A DNA stretch of 32,000 nt from positions 1,830,001 to 1,862,000 of the forward strand of contig NZ_CP089976.1 in assembly GCF_022701215.1 (NCBI RefSeq). The letters are read 5' to 3'. The position numbers and the translations under genes are program-made. The DNA is from Moraxella nasovis (GTDB lineage: Bacteria > Pseudomonadota > Gammaproteobacteria > Pseudomonadales > Moraxellaceae). Below are positions 1-7,248 of this stretch, in pieces. How positions within the stretch are numbered: the first letter of the stretch is position 1; each line of letters opens with the position of its first letter. Below the pieces are notes generated by a model. The model saw nothing but the letters and a program-made list of their open reading frames with translations. It was not told where the DNA came from and ran no database searches.

Positions 1-720
1 TGACAGCACGATGTCAGGCGATAACCCTGCTTTTGCAAAAGTCTTATCAATTGCTCCACGTCCAGTAAAGCCACCGTGATAGGTAATGATAGGGTAGCTT
101 GCCAAGTTTGGTAGGTCCACACCATCTGTCACGCCTGCAAACTTGGCAAGCTCATGATTTTTTGGCACGACAACAACGTGCGACCAGTCATAATAACGAT
201 GGCAACGAAGCACGCTGTTATTAAGTAGGCTTTCGGTGGCAATACCAACATCTGCTTGTCCACGGATTACCATGTGGGCGATGGTCTCAGGATCAGCTTG
301 TTGTAGAACAAGATTCACCTTAGGGAACTTATCACGAAACTGCTTGACGATTTTTGGTAGAACATAGCGAGCTTGGGTGTGTGTTGTTGCGACGATGAGC
401 GTGCCTTCTTCGGCGTTATTAAAATCAAGGCTAAGATTCTCAATGGTGCGAATCTCAGCAAAAATCGCTTCAATGTGCGGCAAAAGCTGCTTGCCAATCG
501 GTGTTAAGCCTGTCAAACGCTTGCCTTGGCGGGTGAATACATCAGCTTTTAGTTGACTTTCAAGGGCGGCAATCTGCTTGGATAGGCTAGATTGACTCGT
601 GTGAAGCAGGTCGGCAGCTTGGCTAAGATTATAGCTGTTTACGACCGTATGCCAGACGGTTTCAAGCTGCTTTAACTGAATTTGTAAATGTCTTTGGTTA
701 ATAACAACATCAATTGCCAT
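1..720 (-). CDS. cysB: LysR-family transcriptional regulator, CysB/Cbl-like (N-terminal 240 codons; C-terminus lies beyond the window start)
   Basis: Absent from the ORF track because it runs off the window. My translation of the minus strand from the ATG (plus 'cat' 718-720) stays open for all 240 codons: MAIDVVINQRHLQIQLKQLETVWHTVVNSYNLSQAADLLHTSQSSLSKQIAALESQLKADVFTRQGKRLTGLTPIGKQLL...LIVATTHTQARYVLPKIVKQF...ITYHGGFTGRGAIDKTFAKAGLSPDIVLS. The wHTH, the 'ATTHTQARY.LP' block and the 'TY..GFTGR..D..F..AGL.P.IV' block resemble E. coli CysB. Confidence 0.8.
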   Translation of the reverse strand, partial: MAIDVVINQRHLQIQLKQLETVWHTVVNSYNLSQAADLLHTSQSSLSKQIAALESQLKADVFTRQGKRLTGLTPIGKQLLPHIEAIFAEIRTIENLSLDFNNAEEGTLIVATTHTQARYVLPKIVKQFRDKFPKVNLVLQQADPETIAHMVIRGQADVGIATESLLNNSVLRCHRYYDWSHVVVVPKNHELAKFAGVTDGVDLPNLASYPIITYHGGFTGRGAIDKTFAKAGLSPDIVLS

Positions 721-842
721 AAAATGCCTAGGTGGTAAAATTTACATTATCCAAAAAATATCATCATAAATCAAGCAAATAAATTGCAACAAATTTAAGT
801 ATCGTCTAATATGTGCATATTTTAATCATTGTGTGAAATCAG

Positions 843-2639
843 ATGAAAAACTTTATCTCTAGCCAAGCTAAGCCTACGGGCTTGACTGCCTTTAAGGTAG
901 CTTATTTAAACCGTGAAGCGTTATCGCTCTTATTTTTAGGCTTTAGTGCAGGCGTGCCGATATTACTAATTTTTAGCAGCCTTGGGCTTTGGCTAAGAGA
1001 AGCTGGCGTAGATAAGAGTACGGTTACAATGTTTAGCTGGGCGGCTCTTGGGTATTCATTTAAGTTTATTTGGTCACCACTTGTGGATATGTTGCGATTG
1101 CCCATGCTGTCAAGCTGGCTTGGACATCGGCGATCATGGCTATTAATCACGCAGATTTTTATCATTTTGGCGATTGTGCTGATGGCGATGACCGACCCAA
1201 CGGGGATAAATCTAAGCGTGATGGCAGCAGGGGCAGTATTGCTTGGATTTTCGGCAGCCACCCAAGATATTGTCATTGATGCTTATCGAATCGAATCGGC
1301 TCCTAGCGAAATGCAGACCGCTTTATCAGCAAGCTATGTGGCAGGCTATCGTATCGGTATGATCGTCTCTGGGGCAGGGGCGTTATATTTGGCGGACTTT
1401 TTTGGCTCAAGCAGTGAAGTTTATAATTATCTAGCATGGCAAAAAACTTATCTGATTATGGGGCTTGTTATGGGGCTTGCTATCTTGACGACACTGACCA
1501 TACGAGAGCCTTATGCTGTCTTTGAAGGCAAAAAGCAGACGCTTAATGAAAGGATTGTGGGCATCTATATCGGACTACTTTGTGTGCCTGCCTTAGTGGT
1601 TGGCATACCATTTTTGGTGTTGAAAATTGCAACATCTTTAGCGGGTGGCGAGATTGCATTACCGAGCGTTATTGCCACGGCTTTGATTTATTATTTTGGT
1701 GCATTATTGGCAATTTTACCCATCTTAATTGGATTTTTAATGATAAATCAAGCTAAGTTTCATCAAGTTTTACCAATAGCTTTAGAGCAAAAGCAATACC
1801 GATTTAGCAAAGCCGATTATGTGCGACTGGTAGCCGTTTTTGCATTGTCTGTCATTGGTTTTATTGTTAGTTATCGTATGATTGGTAGCGTTTTGCCGAG
1901 TGTTGAAGATGTGGCTGTGAGTTTTTTGTTGGGCTGTGTGCAGTTTATTGGCAGCATCTTGGTGATGGCAGGCTTAGGAACAATACTTGTAAAAATGGGT
2001 GTGGTCCGCTCAGAAGTTGCTAAAGTAACTTGGCTGACTCCTGTAGCGGACTTTTTTGAAAGATATGGTAAAAAAGCGTTACTACTACTGGCGTTAATCG
2101 GTCTGTATCGCATTTCTGACATTGTAGCAGGCAATATCTCAAACCTGTTTTATCAGGATTTAGGCTTTAGTAAGACGGATATTGCCAATGCGGTTAAGCT
2201 TGTCGGCGTGGTTGCAAGCATCGGCGGTGGGTTTATTGGTGGCTGGCTTGCCCAGCGATCAGGCGTTATGCGATCGATGATGATTGGGGCATTGCTTGCG
2301 TGCGTGACTAATCTGCTGTTTATTGTGCTTGCTAATATGCCAAGCTTACTGATGATGTATGGGGCGGTGATCGCAGATAATTTGGCTGGCGGTCTTGCCA
2401 GTGCGGTCTTTATCGCCTTTTTATCTGCTTTGACATCCATTCGTTTTACAGCGGTGCAGTACGCACTCTTTTCATCCTTAATGACGTTACTGCCTAAAGT
2501 TCTAGGCGGTTATAGTGGGTCGATTGTCGAAGCGACAAGTTACCCTGTGTTTTTTGCCATCACCTTTGCCATCGGTTTGCCGATTTTATGGTTGGTTTGG
2601 CTTGTTGATAAGAAAATCCCATTGGATAATAATGAATAG
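843..2639 (+). CDS. ampG: AmpG-family muropeptide MFS permease
   Basis: 598-aa polytopic ORF. The N-terminal block LLFLGFSAGVPILLIFSSLGLWLREAGVDKSTVTMFSWAALGYSFKFIWSPLVD matches the AmpG signature (LGF.SGLP...L..W.......I......G..Y.FKFLWSPL.D). It is longer than the roughly 490-aa E. coli AmpG. Confidence 0.85.
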   Translation: MKNFISSQAKPTGLTAFKVAYLNREALSLLFLGFSAGVPILLIFSSLGLWLREAGVDKSTVTMFSWAALGYSFKFIWSPLVDMLRLPMLSSWLGHRRSWLLITQIFIILAIVLMAMTDPTGINLSVMAAGAVLLGFSAATQDIVIDAYRIESAPSEMQTALSASYVAGYRIGMIVSGAGALYLADFFGSSSEVYNYLAWQKTYLIMGLVMGLAILTTLTIREPYAVFEGKKQTLNERIVGIYIGLLCVPALVVGIPFLVLKIATSLAGGEIALPSVIATALIYYFGALLAILPILIGFLMINQAKFHQVLPIALEQKQYRFSKADYVRLVAVFALSVIGFIVSYRMIGSVLPSVEDVAVSFLLGCVQFIGSILVMAGLGTILVKMGVVRSEVAKVTWLTPVADFFERYGKKALLLLALIGLYRISDIVAGNISNLFYQDLGFSKTDIANAVKLVGVVASIGGGFIGGWLAQRSGVMRSMMIGALLACVTNLLFIVLANMPSLLMMYGAVIADNLAGGLASAVFIAFLSALTSIRFTAVQYALFSSLMTLLPKVLGGYSGSIVEATSYPVFFAITFAIGLPILWLVWLVDKKIPLDNNE

Positions 2640-2646
2640 TGAGAAT

Positions 2647-2670
2647 GCACAGCTTTGGCTGTGCTTTTTT
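2647..2670 (+). terminator. Rho-independent terminator of ampG
   Basis: Stem gcacagc (2647-2653), loop tttg, stem gctgtgc (2658-2664), then T6 (2665-2670), starting 8 nt after the ampG stop. Confidence 0.75.
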
Positions 2671-2683
2671 AATAGGATAATAA

Positions 2684-3652
2684 ATGACTGCGTATCAAGC
2701 AAACTACTTTAACTCATCTGATTTAAAAACCATTTTGCATTCTAAGCGTGCTAATATTTACTATTTAGAATATTGCCGAGTTATGCAAAAAGGTGGGCGT
2801 GTGCTGTATCTTACTGAATCTGAAAAGGAAAATCTGTACTACAACATTCCCATAGCCAACACCACGAGTATTTTATTGGGTACAGGCACGTCCATCACCC
2901 AAGCTGCCATGCGAATGCTGTCGCAAGCAGGCGTGCTTGTGGGTTTTTGTGGGGGTGGTGGTACGCCGCTGTTGATGGGAGTGCAAATTGAGTGGCTGAC
3001 CCCACAAAGCGAATATCGCCCAACTCAATATGTGCAAGGGTGGCTGTCTTGGTGGTGGGACGATGACAAACGTTTGCTGATGGCAAAACAGCTTCAAACC
3101 GCACGGCTTGCATTTATGAAAGACGTGTGGGGGCGTGATAAAGACTTGCGACAGTGGGGCTTTGATAGCAAAACTGAGCCAATGACAAGCTTATTAAGCA
3201 ACTACCAAACCCAAGTGCTTAGGCAAAATGGCGTGAATGATTTATTGACCCTAGAAGGGCGAATGACCAAAGAATTATACCGCATTGCATCAGTGAATAC
3301 CAATAATGCTGGTTTTAGCCGTGAACATGATGGTATTGATAAGGCAAATGCTTTTTTGAATCACGGTAATTATTTGGCGTATGGCTTGGGGGCGACCACC
3401 GCTTGGGTGCTTGGCATTCCGCATGGGTTTGCAGTCATGCACGGCAAAACTCGGCGTGGGGCGTTGGTATTTGATATTGCCGATATTGTCAAAGATACGA
3501 TTGTGTTGCCGCTTGCGTTTATTTGTGCGTCCGAAAATGCCACCGAATCAGAATTTCGCCAAGAATGTTTGAATTATTTTACGACTTATCAGGCGTTGGA
3601 TGTGATGTTTGATACGGTAAAAGCGATGGCGTTGAATAAAGAGTGGAGTTAA
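2684..3652 (+). CDS. cas1: CRISPR-associated endonuclease Cas1, subtype I-F
   Basis: 322 aa. SDLKTILHSKRANIYYLEYCRV, IPIANTTSILLGTGTSITQAAMRMLSQAGVLVGFCGGGGTPL, WLTPQSEYRPTQY and HGNYLAYGLGATTAWVLGIPHGFAVMHGKTRRGALVFDIADIVKD are near-identical blocks to P. aeruginosa I-F Cas1. An AGGA SD lies before the ATG. Confidence 0.97.
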   Translation: MTAYQANYFNSSDLKTILHSKRANIYYLEYCRVMQKGGRVLYLTESEKENLYYNIPIANTTSILLGTGTSITQAAMRMLSQAGVLVGFCGGGGTPLLMGVQIEWLTPQSEYRPTQYVQGWLSWWWDDDKRLLMAKQLQTARLAFMKDVWGRDKDLRQWGFDSKTEPMTSLLSNYQTQVLRQNGVNDLLTLEGRMTKELYRIASVNTNNAGFSREHDGIDKANAFLNHGNYLAYGLGATTAWVLGIPHGFAVMHGKTRRGALVFDIADIVKDTIVLPLAFICASENATESEFRQECLNYFTTYQALDVMFDTVKAMALNKEWS

Positions 3653-3664
3653 CAGGGGGTTAAA

Positions 3665-6600
3665 ATGCTAGTTACATTTATCTTGCAATGTGAAAAAAAG
3701 GCATTAAACCGCACTCGGCGGATTTTGGATGCTTTTGCCAATCGGATTGGCGATCATGTGTGGCAAACGGCAATTACTGAAGATGGTTTAAATACCGTCA
3801 AAAAATTATTACGTCAATCTGCGACCAAATCCACAGCGGTGAGCTGTCATCGTGTCCGCACTCGTAAGCGAAGTCAATTGCTATGGGTGGTAGGTAATCG
3901 CAGGCGATTTAATGAACAGGGGGTGGTGGCGGTTAATCGCACTAAACGTAATATTTTAAACAGTGAATGGGAAAATAACTGGCAAAATCTCAACGCCATG
4001 ATGATTGTTAGTACCTTATCAGCATTGTTGCACGATATCGGCAAATCCACTGTAGGTTTTCAACAAAAATTGCTTCACTCTAGCAAATTGGGCGACCCCT
4101 ACCGCCATGAATGGATTTCGTTAAAACTATTGGTTTGGCTCATCAAAGACTGCCAAACGGATAAAGATGTTTTTCATAGACTGCAAAATATTGATGTATT
4201 TTTGGCGACACATCAGCCGACTTTGGCGGATATTCAAGGCAATATCGAAAAGTCAGAATTTGACAAATTGCCAAGCGTTACCCAATGGATAGCATGGCTC
4301 ATTGTCACGCATCACCGCTTACCTTATCTGGCAGGATATTTTTTTAATAGTAAAAAAAACAGAAGAATATCTACAACTTAATCATTTGCATTTTAAACGC
4401 AAAATAGATAGTTATTATAAAAAGTATATTAAGCCATTTGATTATTGGGTCAAAAATCCAAAATCGATTGAAGAAATGACGGATAAACAAAAACAGCAGT
4501 TTTTTAGTTTTGAAAATTTGGTATTAAATAGCCCAGATTGGCAAAAGCAAGTCAAACGCTATGCCAAAAAGGCAGAACAAGACATCGTATTGACTCAATT
4601 TGGCGAGCAAAATCAGGCGATTGCCAATCCTTTTTTTACTCATGCTTTCTCGCATGAGTGTCATGGTTGCCGACCATAATTATTCTAGCTTAAAAGACAA
4701 TCTAGACGATAAAAAACGCCGAGTACAAGGCAGTAAAGACTGGGTAGAAAAATTGGTTGCCAATACCGACCGTAAAACAGGAAAAATTAATCAGCCATTA
4801 GATGAACACTTGCTTGGCGTGGCACGTTTCACCGCAGAATTTTGCCGTAAATTACCAATTTTACACGAAAAATTACCCAGACTGGTTAATCACGAACATT
4901 TGATAAGAAATACGAATGAATCTTTGTTTGCTTGGCAAAACAAAGCCTTTAAATTGGCGTTATCTTTGAGCGAACACAGCGAAACACATGGCTTTTTTGG
5001 GGTTAATATGGCTTCAACAGGCTGTGGCAAAACCATTGGCAATGCTCGAATTATGTATGCTTTGTCCAATCCCAAAAAAGGAGCAAGGCTAACAATTGCC
5101 TTGGGGTTAAGGGTTTTGACATTGCAAACAGGGAAGAGTTTTCGCAAAAATTTGAAGCTAAACGACAGCCAATTGGCGATTTTGGTCGGTGGTTTGGCTC
5201 AAAAGCAATTGTTTGAATACAATCAAAATCAAACCGATGATAATACGCAAATCGATGATGACAATACGTTGTCTAGATTTGGCAATGAATCGGCTGATTG
5301 TTTGATTGATGAATACGTTGATAGCGATAACTTTGACGGTGTTTTGGACGATTTGCAGTTGGATACAGTCATTGAAGATAAATCCGCTTGGCAGTTACTC
5401 GCTTCGCCGATTGTCACTTGTACCATTGACCATCTGATGCAAGCTTGCGAGTGCAAACGTGGGGGCGGATATATCGCTCCGATGCTGCGGTTGTTTAGTG
5501 GTGATTTGATATTAGATGAGCCAGATGATTTTGACCAAAACGATATGCCAGCGTTATCAAGACTTGTGCATTTGGCAGGGCTGTTCGGCTCTCGTGTGCT
5601 GTTGTCGTCTGCGACTTTGCCACCTGATATGCTGTATGGGCTGTTTCAAGCCTATGTGGCAGGGCGAAAAATTTATAATGAACAATTTGGTTATGGCAGT
5701 CCGCACATAAGCTGTGCGTGGTTTGATGAAAATAATGCGATAAGCAAAAACTGTCAAACGCTTGATGATTTTAACCAAACTCATCAAACTTTTATCCAAA
5801 AACGTGGTCAATTTTTGCAAAAACAACCGATAAGACGTATGGCAGAAATTTTGCCAATCAATGCCACTTATCATGGCGAAAAACAAGCCCAATTTTATCA
5901 AGAAATCGCCAAGCAGTTATTAAGCCGTGCCAAAAAATTTCATGATAATCATCATGTGACGGCGAATAATAAGAATGTGAGTGTTGGCTTGATTCGTATG
6001 GCAAATATTCAACCATTGATGAAAATTGCCCAAGCCATGCACCAATTACAAACATTAGATGAAAGTCTTAACCAAAATGCGACAAGTCAAAATGACACGC
6101 ATTTTTACCTGTGTTGTTATCACTCACAACAGGTTTTGGCTTTACGAAATCGTTTAGAAAATCGTCTTGATGGTGTGCTAAATCGCCATCAATTCAATGC
6201 AGACGAATTTGTTAAGCGTCAAGATATTGCCCAATTTATCGCCAAAAACCCCACCAAAACCAATCATGTATTTATTGTGCTTGCTACCCCTGTGGCGGAA
6301 GTGGGGCGTGATCATGATTATGACTGGGCAATGGTTGAGCCAAGTTCGATGCGGTCTATTATTCAGCTTGCAGGGCGTGTATGGCGACACCGAAGTGAGT
6401 TGGTGGCAAGTACGCCAAATATTGGCATTTGGCAATATAATATTAGAGCATTAACAAGCCGAGTGCAACAAAACAGTCAATCTGCGGTATTCAACAAACC
6501 TGGTTTTGAGAGCAAACAATACCTACTTGATACCCATGATATGGCGGAATTGATTGAACCTACTACTTTGCAAAAAATTGATGCCATGAGCCGTATTCAA

Positions 6601-7089
6601 AAACCAACAATGCTCAATCCCAAAACAAGCTTGGTAGATTTAGAACATCAAGTGATGGCAGATTTGATGAATAATTCGCAATTTAATGTGGTCAATGCTT
6701 ATTTCCAAGACAGCCAAACTTCCAATCGTAGCCATGTACATCTAAGTGCATTAACGCCATTTCGGGCAGGACGAGCCAACATTGAATACATCGTCAAACC
6801 TAGCGATGATACGTTTAAGGTGTATCATAGCGAAAGTGTGAAAGAGTACACTTTATACCATGCAAATACGCTAAATAGCGTGATTGAGCCGTATGAAGTG
6901 CCGACCAATAGCCCATTGGTGGATGTGTGGCTTGATAGCCGATTGGATGATGTGTTGGCAGAATTGGAGCAAAAATTCGTGGAATTAAGCTCAAATTCGG
7001 TAGTGATTCGCTTTTCCAATGTCGCCTTAGCCGAACATCAAAGTGGTTATTACTTTGATGAACGCTTTGGCTGTTGGAAAAAGGATTGA
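3665..7089 (+). pseudogene. cas3: Cas2-Cas3 fusion (Cas2/3, subtype I-F) split into three ORFs by two +1 frameshifts
   Basis: ORFs 3665-4381 (frame 2), 4302-4679 (frame 0) and 4600-7089 (frame 1) join into one protein. It has an N-terminal Cas2 domain, HD motifs (LHDIGK, HEW, THHRLP), the linker ...AIANPF|LLMLSRMSVMVADHNYSS, and SF2 helicase motifs: ASTGCGKT (I), LILDEPDDF (II), SSATLP (III), ATPVAEVGRDHDYDW (V) and QLAGRVWRH (VI). The frame changes coincide with T7/A8 (4339-4359) and T7 (4631-4637). Identity confidence is high. Whether it is a true pseudogene or an assembly error is unresolved. Confidence 0.85.
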
Positions 7090-7159
7090 TAAGCCACCTA
7101 TGCGGTGGTAAACACATTTTAAAATCATATAACTTTCTAAGCCACCTGTGCGGTGCAAC
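7086..7159 (-). ncRNA. Degenerate mini-CRISPR (psiR1, 20-nt pseudo-spacer, psiR2); candidate crRNA-like regulatory RNA (CreR/CreA-like)
   Basis: Read on the minus strand: gttgcaccgcacaggtggcttagaaa | gttatatgattttaaaatgt | gtttaccaccgcataggtggcttatcaa. Both flanks are clear derivatives of the array repeat gttYaccaccgtataggtggcttagaaa. The 5' handle cttagaaa and the hairpin stems are retained. psiR2 overlaps the cas2-3 stop codon (7087-7089). Confidence 0.8.
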
Positions 7160-7162
7160 TGC

Positions 7163-7191
7163 ATTTTATACCATAACAATACAATTTTCAA
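7163..7191 (-). promoter_or_regulatory. Predicted sigma70 promoter driving the mini-CRISPR
   Basis: Minus strand: TTGAAA (plus 7191-7186), 17 nt, TAAAAT (plus 7168-7163). The predicted start at about 7157-7155 falls at the first nucleotides of psiR1, upstream of its hairpin. Confidence 0.55.
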
Positions 7192-7197
7192 AAATAT

Positions 7198-7219
7198 TAC
7201 TTTTATAATCAAATAACGG
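7198..7219 (+). promoter_or_regulatory. Predicted cas8f (csy operon) promoter -10 region, which is also the PAM-flanked target of the mini-CRISPR pseudo-spacer
   Basis: A perfect TATAAT sits at 7204-7209, 40 nt upstream of the first cas8f ATG. I see no convincing -35, only A/T-rich upstream DNA. The minus strand 7219->7198 reads CC|GTTATTTGATTATAAAAGTA against the pseudo-spacer GTTATATGATTTTAAAATGT. Positions 1-5, 7-11 and 13-17 match. Confidence 0.6.
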
Positions 7220-7248
7220 TTGATTAAAAAAGGCAACTGTGGTTTAAT

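Noticed and set aside
315-497. 60-aa minus-strand ORF in the ORF track
   Set aside because: It is in a different frame from the CysB-like reading frame, which is open across 1-720 and carries clear LysR/CysB motifs.
2515-2712. 65-aa ORF bridging the ampG 3' end, its terminator and the cas1 start
   Set aside because: It is out of frame with two well-supported genes and reads through a terminator hairpin.
4302-4679. 125-aa ORF as an independent gene between a short 'cas2-HD' gene and a 'cas3 helicase' gene
   Set aside because: Its sequence continues the Cas2/3 polypeptide on both sides once single-base homopolymer shifts are allowed. I treat it as a fragment of one disrupted gene.
4876-4885. 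10-nt identity (actggttaat) between the distal 29-nt pseudo-spacer (14420-14448) and cas2-3
   Set aside because: The match covers spacer positions 5-14 only. Positions 1-4 are mismatched and no CC PAM is in register. A 10-mer match is expected by chance in 64 kb of two-strand sequence.
7027-7236. 69-aa minus-strand ORF spanning the cas2-3/cas8f intergenic region
   Set aside because: It contains HRTGGLE and HRIGGLS, the translated repeat motif, so it is an artefact of reading through the mini-CRISPR. It has no RBS.
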